DNA of 64,000 nt from Polyangiales bacterium (lineage in GTDB: Bacteria > Myxococcota_A > Polyangia > Polyangiales > JADJQN01). Of this stretch, positions 29,517 through 41,360 are shown in pieces; the stretch's first letter is position 1, and every line of letters begins with the position of its first letter. Under the pieces are notes generated by a model. That model saw nothing but the letters and a program-made list of their open reading frames with translations, had not been told where the DNA came from and searched no databases. A program made the position numbers and the translations under genes. The stretch covers positions 512,001 through 576,000 of the forward strand of contig CAXNJO010000004.1 of NCBI GenBank assembly GCA_964202905.1. The letters are read 5' to 3'.

Positions 29517-30860
29517 TCAGATGGCCCGCTGCGGCGGCACGGCGAGGGTCGCGACGAGCGTCCCGGAGGCGATCGACACCGCGACGAGCACCATCCGGAA
29601 GAGCACGTCGATGGCGCCGCTCGCGTCCGCGCCGAGCAACGACGAGAAGCCGAGGAAACCGAGGCTCCCCGGCACGAGCAACAGCGTCCCGGGCACGAGC
29701 GTCAGCGCCACGGGCCGGTCGCGCCAGCGCGCGTACGCGTGGCTCAGCACCCCGAGCACGAGCGCGCCGAGGAAGCCGCCGAGCCCCGTCCCGAGCGCCT
29801 GCGCGCCGACCCACGCCCCCGCTGCCGCGACGTAGCAGGCGACGAGCACGAGCGGCACGTCGCGCGGCCGCGCGCGGAGCAGCAGCGCGAACGACAGACC
29901 GGCCGCCCCCGGCGCAAGGAGCGCGGCCGCGCGCGGCAGCGCTTCACCCGCGCCGGACGCGAGGGCGCCGACGACGAGGTCCGGGTCCACGCGCTGCCCG
30001 AGCGCGACGCCGAAGGCCATCAGCAGAAACGTCATCCCTGCGCCGGCGAGCCGCGCCGTCCCGGACACGAGGTTGCCCGTCGCGAGCTCCATGATGCCCA
30101 TCGTCGTCGCGAGCCCCGGCAGCAGCACGACGACGCCCGCGAGCGTGAGCAGCAGCGGGCGCACGGGCTCCCCTTGATGGCCGAGCGTGAACGACGCCGT
30201 CGACGCCAGGAGCGTGCACGCCGCCGGCAGCAGCTGCTGGAGCCCGCGGAACGGCTCGGCCACCGTCACGGCGGCGCCGACCAGCACGCCAATCGGGGCC
30301 GCCCAGAGCGCCTCGACGCTGGTCGCGCCGAGCAACGCCGCGGCCGCCGACGACGACAGTCCATGGCACAGCGTGGTCGCGATGGCGCCGTAGCGCGCGC
30401 GGCTTCCGGTGATCGCCGCGATGCGCCGCGTGGCGTCGACGGCCGAGAGTTCGTGCCGCTCGATCCGACCGACCAGCTCGTGAAGCGCGGAGAGTTTTTC
30501 GAGGTCGCTGCGGCCGGGCTGAACGCGGACGACCTGCGTGCGCTGCTGGCCCCCGTGCTCGATCGTCAGCATGAACGAGGTCAGCTGCGAGACGAGTTGA
30601 ACGCGCAGCTGAAGCGCCGCCGTCACGCGCTCGAGCGCCTGCTCGACGCGGTGCGCGGGCAGGCCGTAGGCGTGCAGCGCGCTCGTGAGCGTGTTCAACA
30701 GCTCGAGCTGCGCGTCGATGGCCGTCGGCGCGTCGAGGTCACCCGGCGACGAGCGGCGCACGAGGCGATCGAGCGAGGAGTCCGCGGAGAGCTCGCGCTC
30801 CAGATCGGCCCATGCGCGCAGCGCGCGCTCCCCGAGCTTGTCGCGCGGCCCGTCGCTCAT
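29517..30860 (-). CDS. ThrE-family threonine/serine exporter
   Basis: LHAYGLPAHRVE, LLPGL...ELATGNLVSGTARL, LLVPGSLG; about 10 TM segments. Confidence 0.88.
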   Translation of the reverse strand: MSDGPRDKLGERALRAWADLERELSADSSLDRLVRRSSPGDLDAPTAIDAQLELLNTLTSALHAYGLPAHRVEQALERVTAALQLRVQLVSQLTSFMLTIEHGGQQRTQVVRVQPGRSDLEKLSALHELVGRIERHELSAVDATRRIAAITGSRARYGAIATTLCHGLSSSAAAALLGATSVEALWAAPIGVLVGAAVTVAEPFRGLQQLLPAACTLLASTASFTLGHQGEPVRPLLLTLAGVVVLLPGLATTMGIMELATGNLVSGTARLAGAGMTFLLMAFGVALGQRVDPDLVVGALASGAGEALPRAAALLAPGAAGLSFALLLRARPRDVPLVLVACYVAAAGAWVGAQALGTGLGGFLGALVLGVLSHAYARWRDRPVALTLVPGTLLLVPGSLGFLGFSSLLGADASGAIDVLFRMVLVAVSIASGTLVATLAVPPQRAI

Positions 30861-30915
30861 GGCGCGCGCGATGCACGGCCGCGCCGCGTTCCGTCAACCC
30901 GCCGGGCGCCCCGCG

Positions 30916-32508
30916 CTACAGCTGAAACGGAAACGACACGCTGGCCGTCGGCTGCTCGAAGGGCGGGACGGACGCCGCGCGGACCGCGCGAGCGATGCAC
31001 GACCCCTCGCTCGATCCGGCGAACGCGCCCTCGACGACGGCCGTCGTCACGCGGCCGCTCGCCCCCGCGAACGTCACGCGCACGGTCGCGACCCCGCCCC
31101 GCCCGCCGGCACAGGCCGCGACGGCGGGGCGCACCGAGCCGAGCGCGGCGAGCACCGCGGCGCGATCCGGCGTCGCCGGGGCGGCCCCGACGGGGCGAGC
31201 GATCGTGACGCCATCGGGCGCGCGGGGGCCGGCGCGGCCGAGCGCGCGGCGGCCGGCGTCGCCTCGGCGGACGGGCTCCCGCCACCGGCACCGCCGCAGC
31301 AATCAGCGGCCGGGCGCGAACGCCGGGACGTGGTGCCCGCGCGTTCGGCGCGCGCTCCGGCGGCGAGCGCGCACGCCGCGAGCGCAGCGGCAGCCGGGGC
31401 CGACGGGCTCACTGCTGCGGCGGGCGGCACAGCCGGAGCGGGCGATCCGACCTCGGCCGACGGCGCAGAGGCTTCCGCCGCGGCGCTCGGGAGGGCCGCG
31501 ACGGGCGCAGGCGCGGCAGCGGGCATGGCCGTGGCGGCCGCGGAGGCCGGCGCGTCCCCTGCCCCGCCCCGCGCGTCACGAGCACGCCGACGACCACCGC
31601 CGCCGCCGCCGCGAGCGCGAGGCCGCCGGCGACCTCGCCCACGACGGTACGACCCCGGCGCCTGCGTCTCCTCGAGGTGGAGCGGGCGGAGTGGCTGGAG
31701 CGGCATCGGCGGCGGCCGGAAGCTGGGCAGCGACGCGCGCCCCCCCCCGGACGGCGACGCCGCGCGACGTTCCGGCCGCGGCGCAGCGGGCGGCGCCCCA
31801 GGGGGCGCGAGCGGGGCGCGACCGGGGCGCGGCGTCGTCCCTCACACGGGCAACCGCTTCACCCGCCCTACGAGCGCCTGTCGCAGTGCCGGTGGGCGGC
31901 GCAGGTGCGACCGCACGCATCGCGGCCTCCACCACGGGTGGTGGGTCGACCACCACGGGTCGTGGTGCATCCATCGCGGGCGACTCCACCGCCCGCGCCG
32001 CCGACGCGGCCGCCGAGGGCGGCGCTGCGACGCTCGGCGGAACCACAGCGGCCGTCGCCACGGACATCGACGGCGCCGCGCGCCCTGTCGCCCGCGGGGC
32101 CGGGTCACCGAGCTGGCTGAGTTGCTCCAGCGAGAACTCGGCGCGCTTGGCCTCGAGGTCGAGACGTTTCGCGTCCACGCCTCCGCCGACCGGCGTCGTA
32201 CGCCGCGCGACGCGCGCGTCCTCGTCGTCGAAGTAGGGCGGCGACGTGAGATCCGGCCCCGCGCCGCCCCGCGCCCCCGCGACGCGCTGCTCCACGCGCG
32301 CGGCCAACCCCTCCCAAAACGCCTCGGTCCGCGCGGGCGCGGGCCAACCCCGCAGCAGCGCGTCGAGCCGCACGACGTCCGCGGCCCACGCCGCGGCGTC
32401 CGCATCGTGCGCGAGCTCCTCGCGGAGCGCGGCGTGCGCGGGCGCGTCGATTCCCCCCGGCGTGTCGAGCGCCTCCGACACCCTCTTGCGCAGATCCTCA
32501 CCGCTCAC
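30916..32508 (-). pseudogene. Anti-sigma-like membrane protein with C-terminal TonB-C/AgmX-like domain, multiply frameshifted
   Basis: GTG coupled to sigma stop; N-domain in ORF 31576..32631, TM helix in 31409..31642, Ala/Pro linker in 31074..31706, C-domain (AVAAC..VRVTF.GASGRVTTA..CIARAVRAA.VPPF..SVSFPF) in 30916..31302. Confidence 0.6.
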
Positions 32509-33146
32509 GTCGGCCTCCTCCGGCTCGCCGCGGCGACCTCCGCGATCTCCGCGGCGAGTTCTTCCCCGAGCAGAGCGCGCAGGCGCCCGCGCGCCTCGTG
32601 GATGCGCCACGCGATCGTCCCCTCGGGGCAACCGAGCGCCTCAGCGGCGTCCTTCTGCGAGACGCCCTCGATGCACACGAGGATGAGCGTCGTCCGCAGG
32701 GAGGGCGAGAGCGCGTCGATGGCGGCCGCGAGGCGTCCGTAGAGGCGGGTGGCCTCCGCCGCGCGTCGCGGGTCGGTGTCGCCCTGCGTCGGGTCTGCGA
32801 CCGGCTCGGGCAGCCGCGGATCCGCGAGATCCGACGCGGCGGTGCGCTTGCGCTTCCGCAGGATGTTGAGCGACACGTTCATGCAGATCCGATAGAGCCA
32901 CGTCGAGAGCTCGGAGCGCCCGTCGAACTTCGCGAGCGCCCGGTGCGCGCGGAGGAAGGTCTCCTGCACGGCGTCCTCCGCCTCGGCCGCATCCCCGAGG
33001 ACGTGAAGCGCACACGCGAAGACGCGCCGCTGGTGCACGCGCACGAGGCGACCGAAGGCCGCCGCGTCTCCGGCCTGCGCGCGCGAGAGGAGGCCGGCTT
33101 CCTCGCTGCGCTCTGCGCCGCGGTCATTCCTCGAGTCGGCGGACAT
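32505..33146 (-). CDS. ECF RNA polymerase sigma factor
   Basis: [62 protein letters not shown]. Confidence 0.93.
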   Translation of the reverse strand: MSADSRNDRGAERSEEAGLLSRAQAGDAAAFGRLVRVHQRRVFACALHVLGDAAEAEDAVQETFLRAHRALAKFDGRSELSTWLYRICMNVSLNILRKRKRTAASDLADPRLPEPVADPTQGDTDPRRAAEATRLYGRLAAAIDALSPSLRTTLILVCIEGVSQKDAAEALGCPEGTIAWRIHEARGRLRALLGEELAAEIAEVAAASRRRPT

Positions 33147-33275
33147 GCGATGGGCGGCGGAGGGTACGGCGGCACGCGCGCTTGGACAACCCCGACCTCG
33201 GCGGCTTGGCCCCCGCCGTCATCCCGCGCGGCGGGGCGTCTCGACGCGGGGCCTCGGCGGCCTATATGGTTCCGC

Positions 33276-34235
<960 letters not shown>

Positions 34236-34368
34236 AAGTCCCGTCGCCCCGCGCTTGCGGGCGGGCGCATCGGCGCTGGCCGCGCGACCTCCGCGCTGCG
34301 CCTCCGCGCACCAGGACCGCGACGTCATGGGACGGAGCGCGGCGCGCGCGCCCGGGGCTGATCCCCGC

Positions 34369-34602
34369 TCAGCGGACGACGACGACGCCGCGCGCCGGGG
34401 CCGGACGGCGCCCACGGTTCCCGACGACGACGACGCCGCCCCGGTTGTTGTTCTGGTAGCCGCGGTTGTACCCGCGGTTGTAGCCGCGGCCGTAGCCCGG
34501 CCCGGTCTGGACGAAGCAGCCCGAGGCGAGCAGGAGCCCGCCGAGCAACGTGAGCGCGCTGAGCGCAGGGACGAACGAGCGCTGGATGCCGTGGAACGCC
34601 AT
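34369..34602 (-). CDS. Small lipoprotein with RGY-repeat low-complexity region
   Basis: Hydrophobic signal ending ASGC, then GPGYGRGYNRGYNRGYQNNNRGG. Confidence 0.7.
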   Translation of the reverse strand: MAFHGIQRSFVPALSALTLLGGLLLASGCFVQTGPGYGRGYNRGYNRGYQNNNRGGVVVVGNRGRRPAPARGVVVVR

Positions 34603-34663
34603 CTCGAATGGAAAGCACGCCTGACGCCGTCGCGCCAGCACCGTCCGCGCGATCCCGCGCGCG

Positions 34664-35119
34664 TCAGCCGAGCGCCGGCGCGCCGAGATCCGCCTCGAGG
34701 TGCCGCTGCAGGGACTCGACGTCGAAGTGCGCGAGGTTGCGGGTCACCTCGCGGACCTCGATCCCAGGCAGCGAGTCCTTGAGCGCGGCACGCATCCGCC
34801 CCATGAAACGCGGGCCCGAGACGAGCACGACCCACTCGAAGGCGTGCGCGAGGCGGCCATGCTCGATGTGACGCGCGACCTCGGCGGCGAACACCTCGGC
34901 GACATGCTCGCTCGCGCTGACCTCCTTCGACGCGGCGCTGCCGCCGCCGTGCGGGACGGAATCGAACTTCGCGCCCGGCCCGTCGCTGTCGATCTCGCTG
35001 TCCTTGAGGCGCCCCTCAGGATGCCGCAACACCTCGCGCAGCACGAGCGGCACGTGATGCGACGCCCACTCGTACACGCGAGCACCATCCCGCTGCGCGA
35101 CCACGATCCACGTCTTCAT
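34664..35119 (-). CDS. Host-attachment/baeRF12-like release-factor-fold protein
   Basis: TWIVVA...ARVYE, HPEGR...D.PG, FA.EVA..I, VLVSGPRFMG.MR, EV.RNL; GGAGG upstream. Confidence 0.8.
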   Translation of the reverse strand: MKTWIVVAQRDGARVYEWASHHVPLVLREVLRHPEGRLKDSEIDSDGPGAKFDSVPHGGGSAASKEVSASEHVAEVFAAEVARHIEHGRLAHAFEWVVLVSGPRFMGRMRAALKDSLPGIEVREVTRNLAHFDVESLQRHLEADLGAPALG

Positions 35120-35184
35120 CGGTGCGGCCCTCCGGCCGAGGAGGTACGCGCCGCGGCTGCGGAATCCAAGCGCGGTCCGAGCGC

Positions 35185-36144
35185 TCAGCGCGTCTCGATC
35201 ACGAGCCGGTAGTTGCCGCACATCCCGAGGCCCGTCGTCGCGACGCGAACGATCAGGCGGCCGCTCTCGTCGGTGGTGCTGCACTCGGTGTCGATCGCGA
35301 CCGTCTCGGTGGACGTGCCCGAGAGCGTCGAGCCGCACCCGGGGCCACCCGGTCCGTCGTAGCCCGTGCCCGTCGTGCAGGTGTGCGCGTCGCCGCCCGC
35401 CGTGCAGCGATACCAGGCGACGAGGTCGAGGTTGGTGCCGCCGGGCATCCCGTCGAGCGTCACGGTCAGCGCCGGGTTCCCACCGTCGAAGCCGTCCGTC
35501 ACGTCGAGCGCGTAGAAGTCGAGGTCGAGCGCGTCGTCCGCGTTGAAGTCGGTGCGCGTGATCGTCGGCCCGTTGTCCGCGTCGTTCGTCGCGCCGAGCG
35601 TGATCGCGCGTGCCTCGGCGTCGTTGGGCTCGCCCGCGTCGGGCGTGCAGGCGCAGCGCCCCGACGTGCACATCGCGGAAGGCCCGCACCCGCCGCACGA
35701 GAGCGTGCCCCCGCAGCCGTCGTCGGGCGTCCCGCACATCGCGCCGAGCTCGTCGCAGGTGCGCGGCGTGCACGCGCAGCCCTCCCCCGCGCGCACGTAC
35801 GGCGCGACACAGTCGAAGTCGCAGGTGCCCGCCGCGCTGCACGTCGCCGCGCCGCCCACGGGCGCGGGGCACGGCGCGCTCCCGCAGCCGAGCCGGCAGC
35901 CCATGGCCGGATCGTCGCCGCGGTCCCGCTCGCAGCCGCCCGGACACATGTGCTCGCCGCTGGCGCAACCGACCCGCGCATCGACGAGCGCGGCATCGGG
36001 CGGACCCGCATCGCCGCGCCCCGCATCGCCCGCCGCGGCGTCCACCATCGAGTCCCCGCTGCCGCCCGCCGCGCAGGCCGTGAGGGCGAGGAGCGCAGCG
36101 ACCCAGAACGCACCAAGGGGAGCGAGGCGTGTCGTGCGCGGCAT
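35185..36144 (-). CDS. Cys-rich lipoprotein with C-terminal PPC-like domain
   Basis: Lipobox LTAC; CTPRTC...CGTPDDGCGGTLSCGGC repeat; DAGEPND..A, D.DFY, DL..Y, ETV, Y.L. Confidence 0.8.
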   Translation of the reverse strand: MPRTTRLAPLGAFWVAALLALTACAAGGSGDSMVDAAAGDAGRGDAGPPDAALVDARVGCASGEHMCPGGCERDRGDDPAMGCRLGCGSAPCPAPVGGAATCSAAGTCDFDCVAPYVRAGEGCACTPRTCDELGAMCGTPDDGCGGTLSCGGCGPSAMCTSGRCACTPDAGEPNDAEARAITLGATNDADNGPTITRTDFNADDALDLDFYALDVTDGFDGGNPALTVTLDGMPGGTNLDLVAWYRCTAGGDAHTCTTGTGYDGPGGPGCGSTLSGTSTETVAIDTECSTTDESGRLIVRVATTGLGMCGNYRLVIETR

Positions 36145-36225
36145 GAGCGGAGACGATGCCACGCACGGCCCGCCCCGGGGAGCCCTCGCGTCATCGGGGC
36201 GCGCCGCGCCTCACACGCCGCACCA

Positions 36226-36254
36226 TTGACACGCAGGCGCGCGCACGGTAGGTG
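36226..36254 (+). promoter_or_regulatory. Putative sigma70 promoter of prfB (TTGACA-17-TAGGTG)
   Basis: Perfect -35 at 36226-36231, weak -10 at 36249-36254, 8 nt before ATG. Confidence 0.5.
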
Positions 36255-36262
36255 CCGCCCCC

Positions 36263-37421
36263 ATGTCGACGACCACCAGCGAGAGCCGCGATTCGCTCGC
36301 GAACTTCGCTCAGCGCCTTGATGCGCTGGGGAGGTACCTTTGACGTCGACGACCTGCGGCGGCGCCTCCGCGAGCTGAACGAGCGCACCACGGCCGAGGG
36401 CTTCTGGGAAGACCCGGACCGCGCGCAGACCATGCTGCGCGAGCGCGCCGCGATGGAAGAGCAGATCGGCACCTTCGACAAGCTCCGCGCGGGCACGAAG
36501 GACCTCGCCGAGCTGCTCGAGATGGCTGTGTCCGAGGGCGACGAAGGCATGATCGCCGACGTCGCGGGGCAACTCCCGGAGTTCGAGCGCGGCATCCGCG
36601 GGATGGAAGTCGCGCGGATGTTGTCCGGCTCCGAGGACCGCTCCGACTGCATCGTCACCATCCACCCGGGCACGGGCGGTCTCGACGCGCAAGACTGGGC
36701 GTCGATCCTCATGCGGATGTACCTGCGCTGGTGCGAGCGCAAGGGTTTCAAGATCGAGATCCTCGATCAGCAGGACGACGAGGCAGGCATCAAGGAGGTG
36801 TCCTTCCTCGTGCGCGGCGCCTACGCGTACGGCTTCCTCCGCGCGGAGGGCGGCGTGCACCGCCTCATCCGCATCTCGCCCTTCGACGCGAACGCGCGGC
36901 GTCAGACGGCCTTCGCCGCCGTCTTCGTCGTGCCCGATCTCGACGAGGCGAAGACGGACATCGTCATCAAGCCCGAGGAGATCGAGGTCGACACCTTCCG
37001 CTCGGGCGGCAAGGGCGGTCAGCACGTCAACAAGACGGAGTCCGCGATCCGCATCACCCACTTGTCCACGGGCATCATCGTGAAGTGCCAGGCCGAGCGC
37101 TCGCAGCACAAGAACCGCGCGAGCGCCATGAAGATGCTGCTCGGTCTTCTCTACGAGCGTCGCCGCCAGGAGCGCGAGGCCGAGTTCGAGAAGACGTACG
37201 CCTCGGACAAGATGGAGATCGGCTTCGGTTCGCAAATCCGTACGTACACCATGGCGCCCTATCGCCTCGTGAAGGATGAGCGGACGGAACTGAAGGTCAG
37301 CAACATCGACGCCGTGCTCGACGGGGATCTCGACGACTTCATCGAGTCGTACCTGCTCTGGTCGGCCAACCGGAAAGCGCAGCGCCAGTCGGGCGGCGCG
37401 GGAACGAACGCCAACCCCTAG
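36263..37421 (+). CDS. prfB: Peptide chain release factor 2 with programmed +1 frameshift
   Basis: Frame 0 MSTTTSESRDSLANFAQRLDALGRYL* ends in GGGGAGG TAC CTT TGA C (36328-36344); +1 frame has SPF and GGQ motifs. Confidence 0.97.
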
Positions 37422-37475
37422 TGGTTCGGCAGATCCGGGGGCCACGGCCGGCCCCGCGGAGGAGCGGGGACCCAC

Positions 37476-39083
37476 GTGGCGAGTGAAGACGAGCTGAGAG
37501 CCGCGCGACAGGCGCACGCGGCGAGCACCGAGGCCGCGGGGACGCGGCCGTTTCCCAACGATTTTCGCGCCGATCCGGCCACGGAGGCGCGGCGACTCGC
37601 GCTCGTGACGCTCGCGGAGGGGCCGCCCGAGGCGCGCGAGGCGCTCCCCGGCGAGGACGCCATCCCCGCCGACGCGGAGCACGTTCCGCTCTACGGGCGC
37701 GTCATCGCGCGGCGCGGGCCGTTCGTCGTGTTCCAGACGCCCTACGGCAAGGCGCAGGCGCTCGTACGCCCCGAAGCGCTCCCCGACGACGACGCGCGCG
37801 TCTTCGCGGCGCTCGACCTCGCCGACCATGCGTACGTCTCCGGCCCGCTGCTCCGCACGCGCACGGGCGCACTCGCGCTGCGCGCCGCGCGCTTCCGCCA
37901 CCTCGGCAAGGCGATGCTCCCGCCGCCGGACAAGTGGCACGGGCTCACCGACATCGAGAAGCGCTACCGCGAGCGCTACGTCGACCTCTTCGCGAACCCC
38001 GACGTCGCCAGCGTCTTCCGCGCGCGCTCGCTGATCGTGCGCGAGATCCGCGCGTTCCTCGATGAGCGCGCCTTCCTCGAGGTCGAGACGCCGCTGCTGC
38101 ACCCCTTGCGCGGCGGCGCGACGGCGCGCCCCTTCCACACGCACCACAACGCGCTCGACCTGCCGCTCTACCTGCGCATCGCGCCGGAGCTCTACTTGAA
38201 GCGCCTCCTCGTCGGTGGCTTCGACCGCGTCTACGAGCTCGGCCGCTGCTTCCGCAACGAGGGCGTGAGCGCGCGCCACAACCCCGAGTTCACGATGCTC
38301 GAGGCCTACCTCGCGTGGGCCACCGTCGACGACTGGCTCGATCTGCTCGAGGCGATGCTGAAGCACGTCGATGCGCGCGTGCGCGAGATGTTTCCGCAGC
38401 TCGCGGGTGAGCGCGCCTTCTCCTTCGACGAGCCGTGGAAGCGCGTCCGCATGCGCGACGCGCTCGTCGAGCGCGCGGCGCACCCGGGCAGCGCGGACCT
38501 GCCCGTGTCGCCGTTCGCGGGGCACCTCACGCGCGAGGTCGTCGACGACGAGGCCCGCCTCCGCGCCGCGTGCGAGGCCGTCGAGCCCGCCCTCGACGAG
38601 CACGCCCGCAAGCTGCTCCGCAAGGCCGGCACGCACGGCGACCGCCTCTTCCTGCTCTACGAGCTCGTCGTCGAGCCGGACCTCACGATGCTCTACCGGA
38701 CGCGCGACGGCGCGCGCTCCTTGCCCGTCTTCATCACCGACTACCCGTTCGAGGTCTCGCCGCTCGCGCGGCGCAGCGACGCCGACCCGGCCTTCACGGA
38801 TCGCTTCGAGCTCTTCGTCGATGGACGCGAGATCGCGAATGCATTCAGTGAGTTGAACGACCCCGACGATCAGTCCGACCGCTTCCGCCGCCAGCTCGAC
38901 AACCGCGCGAGCGGCGACGAAGAGGCGATGGACTACGACGCCGACTACATCCGCGCGCTCTCGCACGGGATGCCCCCCGCGGCGGGCATGGGGCTCGGCG
39001 TCGACCGCCTGACGATGCTGCTCTGCGGTCAGGCGTCGATCCGCGACGTGCTGCTCTTCCCGCTCCTGCGCGGGCCGGCGTGA
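37476..39083 (+). CDS. lysS: Lysine--tRNA ligase (class II)
   Basis: [66 protein letters not shown]. Confidence 0.96.
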   Translation: MASEDELRAARQAHAASTEAAGTRPFPNDFRADPATEARRLALVTLAEGPPEAREALPGEDAIPADAEHVPLYGRVIARRGPFVVFQTPYGKAQALVRPEALPDDDARVFAALDLADHAYVSGPLLRTRTGALALRAARFRHLGKAMLPPPDKWHGLTDIEKRYRERYVDLFANPDVASVFRARSLIVREIRAFLDERAFLEVETPLLHPLRGGATARPFHTHHNALDLPLYLRIAPELYLKRLLVGGFDRVYELGRCFRNEGVSARHNPEFTMLEAYLAWATVDDWLDLLEAMLKHVDARVREMFPQLAGERAFSFDEPWKRVRMRDALVERAAHPGSADLPVSPFAGHLTREVVDDEARLRAACEAVEPALDEHARKLLRKAGTHGDRLFLLYELVVEPDLTMLYRTRDGARSLPVFITDYPFEVSPLARRSDADPAFTDRFELFVDGREIANAFSELNDPDDQSDRFRRQLDNRASGDEEAMDYDADYIRALSHGMPPAAGMGLGVDRLTMLLCGQASIRDVLLFPLLRGPA

Positions 39084-39084
39084 C

Positions 39085-41334
39085 GTGAGCCGCGCGCTCC
39101 GGGCCGGGCCCGTCACGGTCGCCTATGCGCTCTGGGTGCCCTTCTACCTGGTGGTCCTCGTCGGGGCCGCGGCCCTGCCCCTCGCCACGCTCGCGCGCGC
39201 GCCGTTGCAAGGGTCGGACGCCCTCGCGCCGCTCACGCCGCTCTACGCGTGGGGGCTGCCCGCGGTGCTCGCCGCGCAGTGCGGACTCGCGATCGCCGCG
39301 GCCATCGACCTGCGCCGCCTCGGCCGCGGCACGCGCGGTCGCGGACGCCTCCGCGTGCTCGCGTGGGCGGGGATCGTTCAGCCGCTGGTGCTCGCGGCGC
39401 ACGCCGTGCTGCTCCGCGAGGGGCGCGCGGACGCGCTGCTCGCGCACGGCGCCGGGGTCCGCGCCCTCACGGAGGTGCACCTCGAATTGACGCCGCCGCT
39501 CGGCGCGATCTACCTCGCGGTGTTCGCCGTCGCGGTCGCGCACCTGATCGCGCTGCTCGGCGCGTCGCTCGCCTCGTGGTTCCTCGTGCCGGCGCGCACG
39601 CGGGCGACGGCGTGGGTCGTCGCCGACACCGCGATCGCCATCGCGTTCGTGCTCGCGACGCTCGCGTACCCGCTCCGCCCGAGCGCGCTCGCGCCCGACC
39701 TCGTCCAGCCCGCGACGCGACTCGGGCTGACGACGCTCTTCGCGATCCGCGCGATCACGCGGCTGCTCGCGCCGCTGCTCGACGTCGTCGAGCGCACGGG
39801 CTTCAACGCGCTCATCGCCGCGCGCATGCTCCGCGCGGGCAAGAGCGGCTTCCTCACGGCGATCGGCACGCTGTCGATCCTCGCGGTGACGGTCTCCTCC
39901 TGCGCGCTCACCACGACGCTGAGCGTGATGGGCGGCTTTCGTCAGGACTTGAAGCGCAAGATCCTCGGCAACAGCGCACACGTCGTGATCGACCGCGAGC
40001 ACGGCACGTTCGAGGGCTGGGGGCCGGTGCTCGAGCGCGCCCGCGCGGGCGGCGACGTGATCGGCGCCTCCCCGTACGTGAGCGGCGAGGTCATGGTCTC
40101 GAGCGCGTCGAACCTCTCGGGTGCCGTGCTCCGGGGGATCGATCCCGACACCGTCTCCGAGGTCACCGACCTCGAGCGCAACCTCAAGCGCGGGCGGATG
40201 GCGTACCTGCGCCACCCCGAGCAGCTCGTCGACCTCCCGCCCGAGCAGATCGACGGCGCGCTCATCCCGCTCGAGCAGCCGCTCTTCGCGCAGCCCGACG
40301 CAGGCGCGCCTTCCCCGGACGACGCGCTCCACGGCGGAAGCGGGCCGCTCGGAGACCTCGACGCGATCCTCGCGGACGCCCGCGACGGAGGGGTGCCGAC
40401 GGCCGCGCCGACGCGGCCTGCGACGGGTGACCCGCGCGACGACGCCCCGGCGGATCCGCGCGATGACGGCCTGCGCGGCGACGGTCTGCGGCTCGATGAT
40501 TTCCTTCTCTCCGAGGACGAGGCGGGCAGGCGCAAGGAGGTGTTGCCCGGCATGGTCGTCGGGCAGGAGCTCGCGCGGACGCTGCGTCTCTTCGTGGGCG
40601 ATGAGGTGAACGTCGTGTCCCCGCTCGGCGGGCTCGGCCCCTCGGGCCCGGTGCCGAAGTCCCGCGCGTTCCGCGTCGCGGGGATCTTCTACAGCGGCAT
40701 GTACGAGTACGACATGAAGTACGTGTACGTGACGCTCCCCGTCGCGCAGGCTTTCCTCTCGACCGGCGACGCGATCAGCGGCGTCGAGATCAAGGTGCGC
40801 GACGTCGAGCGCGCACCCGACGCCGCCGTCGCCCTGCGGCGGACGCTCGGTCGCAGCGACCTGCGCGTGCGCGACTGGCAGGAGACGAACCGCAACCTCT
40901 TCGGCGCGCTCGCCCTCGAGAAACTCGCGATGTTCATCGCGCTCGGAATCGCGATCCTCGTCGCCGGTTTCTGCGTCTTCGGCACGCTCACCCTCATGGT
41001 GCAGGAGAAGGCGCGCGAGGTCGGCGTGCTGAAGGCGATGGGCACGACGCCCGGCGGGATCGTCGCCGCCTTCCTGCTCGAGGGCGTGCTCATCGGCCTC
41101 TTCGGCTCCGCCATCGGACTCGGCGCGGGCTACGTCGCCTGCTTCGCCGCCGAGCACTTCGGCGTCCGCATGAACCCCGAGGTCTATTACATCGACAAGC
41201 TGCCGGTCGCCGTCGATGGGTCGGAGTTCGGCCTCGTCTTCCTGGCATCGGTCGCCGTGTGCACCCTCGCGACCGTCTTCCCCGCAGTGCTCGCGAGCCG
41301 CCTCCGCCCGGTCGACGCGCTGCGCTTCGACTGA
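39085..41334 (+). CDS. lolE: LolC/LolE-type lipoprotein-releasing permease with N-terminal membrane extension
   Basis: LSVMGGF...[67 protein letters not shown]. Confidence 0.88.
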   Translation: MSRALRAGPVTVAYALWVPFYLVVLVGAAALPLATLARAPLQGSDALAPLTPLYAWGLPAVLAAQCGLAIAAAIDLRRLGRGTRGRGRLRVLAWAGIVQPLVLAAHAVLLREGRADALLAHGAGVRALTEVHLELTPPLGAIYLAVFAVAVAHLIALLGASLASWFLVPARTRATAWVVADTAIAIAFVLATLAYPLRPSALAPDLVQPATRLGLTTLFAIRAITRLLAPLLDVVERTGFNALIAARMLRAGKSGFLTAIGTLSILAVTVSSCALTTTLSVMGGFRQDLKRKILGNSAHVVIDREHGTFEGWGPVLERARAGGDVIGASPYVSGEVMVSSASNLSGAVLRGIDPDTVSEVTDLERNLKRGRMAYLRHPEQLVDLPPEQIDGALIPLEQPLFAQPDAGAPSPDDALHGGSGPLGDLDAILADARDGGVPTAAPTRPATGDPRDDAPADPRDDGLRGDGLRLDDFLLSEDEAGRRKEVLPGMVVGQELARTLRLFVGDEVNVVSPLGGLGPSGPVPKSRAFRVAGIFYSGMYEYDMKYVYVTLPVAQAFLSTGDAISGVEIKVRDVERAPDAAVALRRTLGRSDLRVRDWQETNRNLFGALALEKLAMFIALGIAILVAGFCVFGTLTLMVQEKAREVGVLKAMGTTPGGIVAAFLLEGVLIGLFGSAIGLGAGYVACFAAEHFGVRMNPEVYYIDKLPVAVDGSEFGLVFLASVAVCTLATVFPAVLASRLRPVDALRFD

Positions 41335-41360
41335 TCCCCCGCGCCCCAGCAAGGACACCC

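Noticed and set aside
33147..33275. NAD-related riboswitch upstream of nadA
   Set aside because: A -10-like box lies 5 nt from the ATG, leaving no leader; no recognisable aptamer
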